Source of the DNA: Bacillota bacterium
GTDB taxonomy: Bacteria > Bacillota > Dethiobacteria > DTU022
Assembly: GCA_016874655.1 (NCBI GenBank)
Contig: VGTO01000001.1
Location: forward strand, 2,777 to 66,776
DNA length: 64,000 nt
Direction: 5' to 3'
A program made the position numbers and the translations under genes. The notes under the pieces were generated by a model. The model did no database searches, was not told where the DNA came from, and was given only the letters and a program-made list of their open reading frames with translations. Shown one piece after another: positions 10,485 through 19,075 of this stretch (its first letter is position 1; every line of letters begins with the position of its first letter).

Positions 10485-13400
10485 ATGAAGTACAAAGCAC
10501 CTCGCGGCACCCGCGACATTTTACCGGAAGAAGCAGTAAAATGGCAATACATCGAAGCAAAATACAGGGAGCTATGCTCTTTATACGGCTTTGGAGAGAT
10601 CAGGACACCCATTTTTGAGCAGACTGAACTTTTTGCCCGTAGCGTAGGGGAAGACAGCGATATTGTATCGAAAGAGATGTATTCATTTAAAGATCGTAGC
10701 GGACGTGATCTTACCTTGCGTCCCGAGTTGACTGCTTCCGTGGCCAGGGCGTACCTGGAGCATCATTTAAATGAGAAGCAGCAGCCGGTTAAGCTCTACT
10801 ACAGCGGGCCGATGTTTCGTTACGACCGGCCTCAGGCCGGGCGTTACCGCCAATTTCACCAGTTTGGTTTGGAGATATTTGGCGCTGAACATGCGGCAGC
10901 TGACTGTGAGATCATTTCTTTTTGCTACAATTTCTTTAAAATCCTTGACTTAAAAGATTTAAGCATAGAACTGAACAGTGTGGGTTGCCCGGTTTGCCGT
11001 CCGGCTTACCTTGATTTGCTGGTTCCCTACCTGGAGAAATTGGAGCACAATCTCTGCGCTGATTGCCGCAGGCGCTATAAAACCAACCCCTTAAGAGTTC
11101 TGGATTGCAAAGAGGAAAGCTGCCAGGCAAGGGTGGCCGATGCTCCCAAAATGGGTGCTAACCTCTGCGCCGGTTGTGCTGAACATTTTGTTACACTGAA
11201 AACGCTTTTAAAACGGCTTGATATAGCTTTTAATTTAAATGACCGTTTGGTCCGCGGACTCGATTACTATACCCGGACCGCTTTCGAAATCACCACCGGC
11301 TCTCTGGGAGCTCAGGCTTCAGTCTGTGGTGGTGGCCGTTACGACCACCTGGTGGAGCACCTTGGTGGGCCACCGACCCCGGGAGTTGGTGTTGCTTTTG
11401 GAAAAGAGCGCATTCTGTTAAACATAGACTGGGAAAAAGAGCTTTACAGCATAGGAAGTAAAGTTTTCGTGGCCACAGCGGGCAGCGGTCTTGAGGGTGA
11501 AGCCTTACTATTAGCGCAGGAACTGCGTCAGCGGAAGATCGCCGCCGAAGCAGATCTTTTAGAGCGCAGTCTGAAGGCTCAGATGAAGTATGCCGGAAAG
11601 CTTGACTATGACACTGTAGTGATCATTGGAGAGCAGGAGATTGCAGCTGGACGAATTGCCCTGCGTGACATGGCCAGTGGAGAACAACTTGAAATTCTTC
11701 GGACCGAGTTGATTTCGAAGCTGGCGGGTCAGGCACCAACAAGGGGTTCTGCCGACAGAGGCGCTTATGCCCCTGAGGTGCGACTGCCACGCATTGATGA
11801 AGCAACTCTTAAAACACATCATTGCGGCTCACTGACAACTGATCAGATTAACCTTAGAGTTAAATTGGCCGGTTGGGTAGGCCGCCGCCGCGACCATGGC
11901 GGGCTGATCTTCATCGACCTGCGCGACCGGAGTGGTTTAATGCAGCTCGTATTCGATCAGCAAAACGGAGAGGAGCTGTTTGCTCTAGCTGAAAGTTTGC
12001 GCTCTGAGTATGTAGTAGCCATAGAAGGGGATCTGGTCCGCCGTTCCGATGAGAATATCAACCCTTCCCTGCCAACCGGGGAGATCGAAGTTCACGTGAC
12101 TAAAATGGAGATTCTAAACCGCTCCAAAACCCCGCCATTTTATATTGAAGATGATTTAAACGTAGATGAAAACCTGCGTCTGCGTTATCGCTATCTTGAT
12201 TTAAGACGCCCGGAGATGTTCAATCGTCTAAAACTGCGGCACAAAGCAGTCAAACTGGTCCGGGATTACATGGACAGCTATGATTTTCTGGAAGTAGAAA
12301 CGCCGATGTTAACCCGCAGCACACCCGAAGGAGCGCGGGATTTTCTGGTCCCCAGTCGTGTACGCCCCGGCTCTTTTTATGCACTGCCTCAATCACCCCA
12401 GCTATTTAAACAGCTGTTGATGGTTAGTGGGGTAGAGCGTTATTTTCAGATCGTGCGCTGCTTCCGTGACGAAGATTTAAGGGCAGATCGACAGCCGGAA
12501 TTTACCCAGATTGATATTGAAACCTCCTTTTTTGGCAGTGAAAACCTCTTTGCTCTAATAGAGGGGTTGATGGCCCTGCTCTGGAAAGAGATTCACGGTA
12601 TTGAGCTCAGACTGCCATTCTTAAGAATGCCCTACCGGGAAGCGATGAACCGTTTCGGATCAGACAAACCGGACCTGCGTTTTGCCATGGAGCTGGTTTC
12701 TATTGATCATCTTGCTGCAAAAAGCGATTTTAAAGTTTTTAAGAGCGCTTTGGAAGTTGGTGGGGCCGTGAAGGGTTTGCGAGTACCCGGCGGTGGCAGC
12801 ATGAGCCGTAAAGATTTAGATGACCTGACTCTGCTGGCTCGCCAGCTGGGAGCTAAGGGCCTGGCCTGGACCTTTGTCGAAGACGAAGGCTGGCGTTCGC
12901 CAATTGCCAAGTTCTTTAGTGCTGAGTTGATTGCTGATATTACTGAAGAGATGGAAGCCTTGCCTGGAGACGTCCTGCTATTTGTAGCCGATCGCTGGGC
13001 AACATGCTGCCAGGTTCTGGGGGCTTTGCGCCGCCACCTGGCCCCGCAGGAGATGGCAAAAGAACCCCATTTTATGTGGGTTGTCGATTTTCCACTCTTA
13101 CATTATGACGAAGAGGAGCAGCGATTTGATTCCGATCATCACCCTTTTACAGCGCCGCGTGTTGAAGACCTTGAACTGCTGGAGAGCGATCCACTGGCTG
13201 TTCGTGCCCAAGCTTATGACCTGGTTCTTGATGGGGTGGAAATAGGTGGCGGCAGTACCAGGATTCACGATCGGGAAACCCAGGGTAAGATCTTCAAACT
13301 ACTCGGTCTTTCTACTGAAGAGAGCTTTGATAAATTTGGTTTTCTACTGGAAGCGCTGTCTTACGGTGCACCACCCCATGGAGGGCTGGCTCTTGGTTTG

Positions 13401-13577
13401 GACCGGTTGATTGCGCTCCTGGTGGGGGATGATTCGATCAGGCAGGTTATTCCCTTCCCGAAAACCGCTGCTGCAGCGTGCCTGATGACCGGCGCTCCGG
13501 CCCTGGTAGACGAAAAGCAGCTTGATGAGTTGAAGATTATGCTAACCGGCGATGAAGGTGAAGAAGACGAAGAGTAA
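10485..13577 (+). CDS. hisS-aspS: histidyl-tRNA synthetase fused in-frame to aspartyl-tRNA synthetase (single 1030-aa ORF, no stop between the two enzymes)
   Basis: Residues 1-~418 are a complete class II HisS (MKYKAPRGTRDILPEE...ELISKLAGQ). A ~25-aa linker (APTRGSADRGAYAPEVRLPRIDEATL) is followed by a complete AspS (KTHHCGSL...GWVGRRRDHGGLIFIDLRDRSG...). I translated 11700..11880 by hand and found no stop codon. Confidence 0.8.
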   Translation: MKYKAPRGTRDILPEEAVKWQYIEAKYRELCSLYGFGEIRTPIFEQTELFARSVGEDSDIVSKEMYSFKDRSGRDLTLRPELTASVARAYLEHHLNEKQQPVKLYYSGPMFRYDRPQAGRYRQFHQFGLEIFGAEHAAADCEIISFCYNFFKILDLKDLSIELNSVGCPVCRPAYLDLLVPYLEKLEHNLCADCRRRYKTNPLRVLDCKEESCQARVADAPKMGANLCAGCAEHFVTLKTLLKRLDIAFNLNDRLVRGLDYYTRTAFEITTGSLGAQASVCGGGRYDHLVEHLGGPPTPGVGVAFGKERILLNIDWEKELYSIGSKVFVATAGSGLEGEALLLAQELRQRKIAAEADLLERSLKAQMKYAGKLDYDTVVIIGEQEIAAGRIALRDMASGEQLEILRTELISKLAGQAPTRGSADRGAYAPEVRLPRIDEATLKTHHCGSLTTDQINLRVKLAGWVGRRRDHGGLIFIDLRDRSGLMQLVFDQQNGEELFALAESLRSEYVVAIEGDLVRRSDENINPSLPTGEIEVHVTKMEILNRSKTPPFYIEDDLNVDENLRLRYRYLDLRRPEMFNRLKLRHKAVKLVRDYMDSYDFLEVETPMLTRSTPEGARDFLVPSRVRPGSFYALPQSPQLFKQLLMVSGVERYFQIVRCFRDEDLRADRQPEFTQIDIETSFFGSENLFALIEGLMALLWKEIHGIELRLPFLRMPYREAMNRFGSDKPDLRFAMELVSIDHLAAKSDFKVFKSALEVGGAVKGLRVPGGGSMSRKDLDDLTLLARQLGAKGLAWTFVEDEGWRSPIAKFFSAELIADITEEMEALPGDVLLFVADRWATCCQVLGALRRHLAPQEMAKEPHFMWVVDFPLLHYDEEEQRFDSDHHPFTAPRVEDLELLESDPLAVRAQAYDLVLDGVEIGGGSTRIHDRETQGKIFKLLGLSTEESFDKFGFLLEALSYGAPPHGGLALGLDRLIALLVGDDSIRQVIPFPKTAAAACLMTGAPALVDEKQLDELKIMLTGDEGEEDEE

Positions 13578-13586
13578 CATATTTCT

Positions 13587-13615
13587 TGCTCCTTTCCGGC
13601 TTTTGTGCTATCATT
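13587..13615 (+). promoter_or_regulatory. putative sigma-A promoter for the mgtE leader (-35 TTGCTC, 17-nt spacer, extended -10 TGcTATCAT)
   Basis: Hexamers read directly from the sequence at 13587-13592 and 13610-13615 with a TG at -15/-14. Confidence 0.4.
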
Positions 13616-13624
13616 TTTATGGAA

Positions 13625-13860
13625 ACAGTTAGTTTTTAACGAGCATGCCCTGCTGTGTTCGTGACAACCGATAAAGTTTTGAGCTAACACTTTTTTTATG
13701 GGAACCTGGTCTTCGACTGCAGCGCAGCAGCCTTTGTAAAGAGGACCTGTTAAACAGTCGAGAGGGTACCCACCTTTCGGGGAACAGTTCAAAACAACGG
13801 CCCACGGCATGGCGGGGTTTTTTGGTGTTTTTTAACCCTTTGGCATAACCTGTATTTATT
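13625..13860 (+). promoter_or_regulatory. long structured 5' leader of mgtE; candidate Mg2+-sensing M-box (ykoK) riboswitch ending in a GC-rich segment plus U-tract
   Basis: ~260 nt untranslated region between the promoter and the mgtE ATG; contains GTTAG...CUGCUG elements and ends with GGCGGGGTTTTTTGGTGTTTTTT; mgtE is the classic M-box-regulated gene in Firmicutes. Match to the M-box consensus is only partial by eye. Confidence 0.35.
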
Positions 13861-13884
13861 TTCCTTTATCGTAATGGTAAGGCG

Positions 13885-15216
13885 GTGATCATGATGCCGG
13901 TAGACCACATTTACCTGCAGATAGGCCGGGAACTTAAAGCCGGGGCACATCCCGGCGATTTGCTCAATATTTTGGATGAGCTTAATGTTGAGCAAAAAGC
14001 GGAGCTGATACAGCGTCTGCCTGAACCTGATGCCGCTCTTATTTTTCAGGAAATGGAGGACTTTGAGCAGGCTGAAATACTACGACTCCTGAGCGATGAT
14101 CGGGTTAAGATCATTTTAGGAACCATGTCTGCTGATGACGCAGTTGATTTGATCGGTGAACTAACTCCTTCTGAAGCGCAGGAGATGTTAGAACTGATCG
14201 ATGACGAAGATCAGGCTGATTACGGTGATCTGCTCAGATACCCCGAAGATAGCGCCGGGGGTTTAATGACCACCGAATACATATCACTGTTATCGGACAT
14301 ACCGGTTGAAGAGGCGATTCACCGTCTGCGGGAAATTGCTCCGGAGGCGGAGACTATCTATTACGTTTTTGTGGTTGATGAACAGGGCCGCCTAATCGGG
14401 GTGCTTTCTTTGCGAGATCTGATTGCCTCCAGCGACGGGATCTTGCTGAAGGATATTATGAGACGCAATGTGATCAGCGTTAATGCTGCCCTGGATCAGG
14501 AGGAAGTAGCCCGGATCGTCTCCAAGTATGATCTGTTGGCGATACCGGTTGTCGACGATGATGATCGCCTGTTGGGGATCATAACGGTAGATGATGTTAT
14601 TGATGTTTTGGAAGAGGAAGCAACGGAAGATATTTACCGCTTTGCCGGGGCCAGGGAGGTTGAAGGGGTTGGCTTAACCGAGGCCCCGGTGTTTAAGGTG
14701 GTTAAGATGCGCTTACCCTGGCTGATTATCGCTATGCTGGGTGGAATGATCTCGGGAAGCGTCATTGGTGCTTACCGCAGTACTCTGGAAACTATTGTTG
14801 TCCTGGCTATTTTTATCCCGGTGATCATGGGCATGGGGGGTAACGTGGGCACCCAATCGTCAACAATTTTTGTCCGTGGCCTGGCAACAGGGGAGATTGA
14901 TAAGGCTGATGTATGGAACTATTTTTTTCGGGAAATACGTGTCGGTCTTTTAATGGGCATCATTTGCGGAAGCCTGATTTCACTGACCGCTTTCTTCTGG
15001 CAGGGTAACCCCTATCTTGGGTTGGTAGTCGGTTTGTCAATGCTGGTAACAATATTCATGGCAACCCTGATTGGAACCCTCGTTCCGCTGTTGCTTAATA
15101 TGACACAAATAGATCCTGCCATTACTGCCGGCCCATTTGTGACTACGATCAAAGATGTCACCGGTTTGTTAATCTACTTTACGGTAGCGTCATTTTTTAT
15201 CAGGTTTCTTAATTGA
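13885..15216 (+). CDS. mgtE: magnesium transporter MgtE
   Basis: 443 aa; N-terminal MgtE-N domain, tandem CBS domains, C-terminal 5-TM domain (GNVGTQSS motif). Confidence 0.9.
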   Translation: MIMMPVDHIYLQIGRELKAGAHPGDLLNILDELNVEQKAELIQRLPEPDAALIFQEMEDFEQAEILRLLSDDRVKIILGTMSADDAVDLIGELTPSEAQEMLELIDDEDQADYGDLLRYPEDSAGGLMTTEYISLLSDIPVEEAIHRLREIAPEAETIYYVFVVDEQGRLIGVLSLRDLIASSDGILLKDIMRRNVISVNAALDQEEVARIVSKYDLLAIPVVDDDDRLLGIITVDDVIDVLEEEATEDIYRFAGAREVEGVGLTEAPVFKVVKMRLPWLIIAMLGGMISGSVIGAYRSTLETIVVLAIFIPVIMGMGGNVGTQSSTIFVRGLATGEIDKADVWNYFFREIRVGLLMGIICGSLISLTAFFWQGNPYLGLVVGLSMLVTIFMATLIGTLVPLLLNMTQIDPAITAGPFVTTIKDVTGLLIYFTVASFFIRFLN

Positions 15217-15369
15217 TCGAAGCGTGACCTGATCGCGTTTATAGTTATCGAATACCTGTGGTGATTGTGCAGATCAATGCCATTCTCCACCCGGTAAAGA
15301 AAAGCCTTATAAACTATAAGGTTTTAGGTTTCACGCATAATCAGAATAATGGTAATATCTGTTAATAAA

Positions 15370-15412
15370 AAGAGGAAAATAGGCACAATTTCCTCTTTTT
15401 TTTATTTTTTTT
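15370..15412 (+). terminator. rho-independent terminator downstream of mgtE
   Basis: Perfect 9-bp stem AAGAGGAAA / TTTCCTCTT (15370-15378 / 15389-15397) followed by a T-run of more than 20 nt. Confidence 0.7.
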
Positions 15413-15431
15413 TCAATTATTAGCAAGAAAA

Positions 15432-15481
15432 TGGGTAAAAGGGGTTGATAAATGGAGTAAAGTGGTGTAAAGTGGTGCAAA
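15432..15481 (+). promoter_or_regulatory. MraZ operator: five TGGNG/TGGGN repeats with exact 10-bp periodicity upstream of mraZ
   Basis: aTGGGTaaaa gGGGTTgata aATGGAGtaa aGTGGTGtaa aGTGGTGcaa; the last two units are identical 10-mers (GTGGTGTAAA / GTGGTGCAAA). Confidence 0.6.
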
Positions 15482-15514
15482 GCAGTTGAGATCGCTCCAT
15501 ATGGAGGCGAACAT

Positions 15515-15949
15515 ATGTTTATCGGTGAATTCCAGCATATGCTGGATAGCAAGGGTAGGGTTATTATTCCCTCGCGATTGCGTGATGGGTTGGGCGAGCG
15601 TTTTGTCCTCACTCGCGGTATCGAGCCTTGTGTCGCCGTCTATCCGCTGGATGAATGGAATCGAACCGAAGAGAAATTGATCAATAATCCGATGACAAAA
15701 AAAGATCTCCGGGCACTAAACCGGATTATGTTTTCAGGAGCGATGGAGGTTGAACTTGATAAACAGAGTCGGGCTTTGATTCCCCAGTATCTAAGAGAGC
15801 ATGCCCAAATAGATAAGAATGTAATGATCCTGGGTGTCGGTGATCGCGTTGAAATCTGGAACGAAGATACCTGGCGTAAATACTATGAAGAAGTGAGTGA
15901 CAACCTCTCCGAGATGCTCGAAAATCTGGAATTGCCTCATGGCCGGTAA
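15515..15949 (+). CDS. mraZ: division/cell wall cluster transcriptional regulator MraZ
   Basis: 144 aa; MFIGEFQHMLDSKGRVIIPSRLR... canonical MraZ duplicated-domain protein; first gene of the dcw cluster. Confidence 0.9.
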   Translation: MFIGEFQHMLDSKGRVIIPSRLRDGLGERFVLTRGIEPCVAVYPLDEWNRTEEKLINNPMTKKDLRALNRIMFSGAMEVELDKQSRALIPQYLREHAQIDKNVMILGVGDRVEIWNEDTWRKYYEEVSDNLSEMLENLELPHGR

Positions 15950-15960
15950 AATGGTACGGC

Positions 15961-16902
15961 ATGATGGTTGAACTGCATCGACCGGTGATGGAGAGGGAAG
16001 TCCTGGAATACCTTGTATGTTGCCCTGAAGGGATTTATGTCGATGCTACTTTAGGGGACGGAGGTCACGCCGGGGCAATCCTCAGCAGCCTTGCATCGCA
16101 GGGCCGACTGATCGGCCTGGACTGGGACATGGAAGCCTTAAGGCGGGCAGAAAACAGGCTTAATGAATTTACGGGTCGGATGTTTCTGGTTCATGAAAGC
16201 TACACCAACCTGGAAGAGGTTTTACGAAACCTAAAATTTGATCTGGTTAATGGAATTTTGATCGATCTCGGCGTCTCAACATTGCAGTTGATGGATGCTG
16301 AACGTGGTTTTTCTTATCACCAGATTGGCGATTTGGATATGCGCATGGATCGCCGCGGTTCTTTGACAGCCAAAGATATTGTTAACCAATATACCGAGGA
16401 ACAACTTTCAATTATTTTTTTCCGCTACGGGGAAGAGCGCTGGTCGAAAAAAATCGCTACCGGCATCGTTAGGGCAAGAGAACAACACGGACCGTTTGAA
16501 GACAGCAAAGCACTGGCGGAAGTTGTTAAAGAGGCAATCCCGGCCCGCTTTCGTCGCCAGGGCGGTCATCCTGCGCGAAAGGTATTTCAGGCCTTGCGAT
16601 TGGCCGTAAATCGGGAGTTGGAGAACATAGAATTATTCTTACCGCAGGCCTTGAGAAGGCTAAACCCCGGGGGCAGATTGGTGGTAATAGCGTACCATTC
16701 CCTGGAAGATCGGCTGGTGAAAAATTTCCTGCGGGCACATGCCGGGCAGTGTGGCTGTCCTCCAAATTTACCATGTGTTTGTGGTCAGAAAGCGGAGCTA
16801 AGAATTATTACCGGCAAAGCACTGAAGCCTTTGCCCGCCGAAGTTGAAGATAACCCCCGGGCCCGCAGCGCCCGGATGAGAGTGGCTGAAAAGTTGATCT
16901 AA
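15961..16902 (+). CDS. rsmH: 16S rRNA (cytosine1402-N4)-methyltransferase RsmH (MraW)
   Basis: 313 aa; SAM-binding DATLGDGGHA motif; follows mraZ. Confidence 0.9.
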   Translation: MMVELHRPVMEREVLEYLVCCPEGIYVDATLGDGGHAGAILSSLASQGRLIGLDWDMEALRRAENRLNEFTGRMFLVHESYTNLEEVLRNLKFDLVNGILIDLGVSTLQLMDAERGFSYHQIGDLDMRMDRRGSLTAKDIVNQYTEEQLSIIFFRYGEERWSKKIATGIVRAREQHGPFEDSKALAEVVKEAIPARFRRQGGHPARKVFQALRLAVNRELENIELFLPQALRRLNPGGRLVVIAYHSLEDRLVKNFLRAHAGQCGCPPNLPCVCGQKAELRIITGKALKPLPAEVEDNPRARSARMRVAEKLI

Positions 16903-16930
16903 AACCATAGAGAGAAAGTAGGTGTGACGG

Positions 16931-17320
16931 ATGCAAACAGCAAGGCAACTGGCCCCTCAGCAGTTCAGGGGAATGCAAAACCGGCCGTACCGGCATCCGG
17001 TTTACCAGCAAGATCCGCAAAGAAGGGTAAAGAGATTTATACTAGTTACCCTGTTCTTAAGTTGCTTTTTGCTCAGCCTGGTAATAGTTGCCCAGTATTC
17101 TTCGCTGGTCATGACCAACTATCAGATTAGCAGCGCCAAAAATGAGCTTGCTGTCATCCAGGAGAGTGCCAGGCAGCTTGAACTTGAAGTAGCTAAGCTC
17201 AGCTCTGTCGGAGTGATTGAAGAGATTGCCAGAACAGAACTGGGGATGGTTGAACCGGAGTTGGCCCAGTTGAGGATAATTACCGCCGGTCGGGTATTAT
17301 CGACCAGTGTGGGGGAGTGA
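16931..17320 (+). CDS. ftsL: cell division protein FtsL-like (septum formation initiator)
   Basis: 129 aa; single TM then coiled-coil; canonical position between rsmH and the division PBP. Confidence 0.6.
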   Translation: MQTARQLAPQQFRGMQNRPYRHPVYQQDPQRRVKRFILVTLFLSCFLLSLVIVAQYSSLVMTNYQISSAKNELAVIQESARQLELEVAKLSSVGVIEEIARTELGMVEPELAQLRIITAGRVLSTSVGE

Positions 17321-17325
17321 ACTAA

Positions 17326-19059
17326 TTGCCGGGTTTTGCAGTCAGCCGCAGTATGGTGAAGAAAAGGATCCTCTTTATTTTCGTCATGACTTTACTCTTT
17401 TCTCTTTACCTGATTGGCAGGCTGGCTTGGATTCAAATCGTTCGGGCTGATGAATTATATGACCAAGCCTGGAAACAGTGGAATCATAATATTATTGTGC
17501 AGACCGGGCGGGGGGCAATTTATGATCAGCATGGCCGTTTGCTGGCCGGCAGTACCGATGTGCAGACCGTAGTTGCCATCCCGCAACAGATAGAAGATCC
17601 CGGTGTAGTTGCCGGAGCGCTTGCTCCGATCCTGAACATGAATGAACAGGAAATCGCTGAACTGGTCACCCTGGATCGCAGTGCGGTTTACATCAAACGC
17701 AAGGTCGATCCGGAAATAACCGAGGCGGTACGAGAAATGAACTTGCCAGGTATAGTTTTTTTTAATGAAGAGAAGCGTTATTACCCGGGTAGCAATCTTG
17801 CCTCTCAGCTGCTTGGTTTTGTCGGCATGGACCAGGGGTGGTCTGGCTTGGAATTCTATTACGAACAGTATTTAAGCGGCAGCGAGGGCAGATTGCTCTA
17901 CCCGGCTGATGCACTGGGTCGTCAGCTTCCTCATAATTATTTCGGCAACTTTTTACCGAAACAGAGCTGTAATCTTTACCTGGCAATTGATGAATCAATT
18001 CAACATATTGTTGAAAAAGAACTGGAGCGGGTGGTGGCTGAAGCTGCGCCCAGGCAGGCACTGGCCATTGCTGTAGATCCGTACAGTGGTGCAGTGCTGG
18101 CAGCAGCAGCCCGGCCCGACTACGATCCTCTACATTATGATGAATTTGATCCGGAACGCTGGAACCTGGCGCCTTTTACTTCTTCTTTTGAGCCCGGTTC
18201 AACCTTTAAGTTGGTTACTTTGGCCGCGGTTCTGGAAGAAGGGTTATTCGATCCGGAAGAACTGCATTACTGTCCCGGCTATGCCATTGTCGGCGGTCAC
18301 CGCATCAATTGCTGGACTGTCGAGCGCGGTGGCTGTGGCACTATAACTTTTCAGCAATCGCTGGGTACTTCATGTAATACTGCTTACATTGTCTTAGGTC
18401 AAAGACTTGGGGCCCAAAAATTAGCCGAGTATATCGAAGCGTTTGGGTATGGTAAGACAACCGGTATTGATTACCCGGGTGAGGGCAGTGGCCTGGTTTT
18501 TAGAGAGACGATGCTTGGCCCGCTGGAGTTAGCAACTACCGCATTTGGTCAGGGGATATCAGTGACTCCGGTTCAGCAGGCAATGGCGGTGTCGGCAATG
18601 ATCAATGGCGGGTATCTTTATCAGCCTTACCTGGTCAACGAAATCAGGGGTAAAGAGGGTGAAACAATTTTTAAAAGAAAGCCGGAACTGGTCAGGCAGG
18701 TAATATCAGCCGAGACTTCGGAAAAACTGATTGAGTTGATGGAAACAGTGATCCTTGATGGTACGGGAAAAACTGCAGCTCTGGAAGGTTATCGTGCTGC
18801 CGGAAAAACCGGCACCGCTGAAAAGCTGGACGAAGAACATCTTTATAGTAGCGATTCTTTTATCTACTCTTTTGTTGGATTTGCTCCGGTAGATGATCCA
18901 CGCGTTGTGCTTTACGTTGCTGTCGATGGGATTACGCTGGGGCCACGTTATGGCTCAGCGACCAGTGCCCCTCTTTTTAAACGGATCATGGAAGATACCC
19001 TTAATTATCTGCAGGTTACGCCCACGGCGTTAACCATGACAAAAGAAGAGTTGAACTGA
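17326..19059 (+). CDS. penicillin-binding protein, peptidoglycan D,D-transpeptidase (FtsI/SpoVD family)
   Basis: 577 aa; N-terminal TM, PBP dimerisation domain, transpeptidase motifs STFK, SCN, KTGT; TTG start with GGGGGAG RBS. Confidence 0.85.
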   Translation: MPGFAVSRSMVKKRILFIFVMTLLFSLYLIGRLAWIQIVRADELYDQAWKQWNHNIIVQTGRGAIYDQHGRLLAGSTDVQTVVAIPQQIEDPGVVAGALAPILNMNEQEIAELVTLDRSAVYIKRKVDPEITEAVREMNLPGIVFFNEEKRYYPGSNLASQLLGFVGMDQGWSGLEFYYEQYLSGSEGRLLYPADALGRQLPHNYFGNFLPKQSCNLYLAIDESIQHIVEKELERVVAEAAPRQALAIAVDPYSGAVLAAAARPDYDPLHYDEFDPERWNLAPFTSSFEPGSTFKLVTLAAVLEEGLFDPEELHYCPGYAIVGGHRINCWTVERGGCGTITFQQSLGTSCNTAYIVLGQRLGAQKLAEYIEAFGYGKTTGIDYPGEGSGLVFRETMLGPLELATTAFGQGISVTPVQQAMAVSAMINGGYLYQPYLVNEIRGKEGETIFKRKPELVRQVISAETSEKLIELMETVILDGTGKTAALEGYRAAGKTGTAEKLDEEHLYSSDSFIYSFVGFAPVDDPRVVLYVAVDGITLGPRYGSATSAPLFKRIMEDTLNYLQVTPTALTMTKEELN

Positions 19060-19075
19060 GGATAAGGAGCGTGCA

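Noticed and set aside
15331-15612. 93-aa minus-strand ORF spanning the mgtE terminator, MraZ operator and mraZ start
   Set aside because: It overlaps a terminator hairpin and T-run plus the regulatory repeat array, has no RBS, and carries no recognisable domain.
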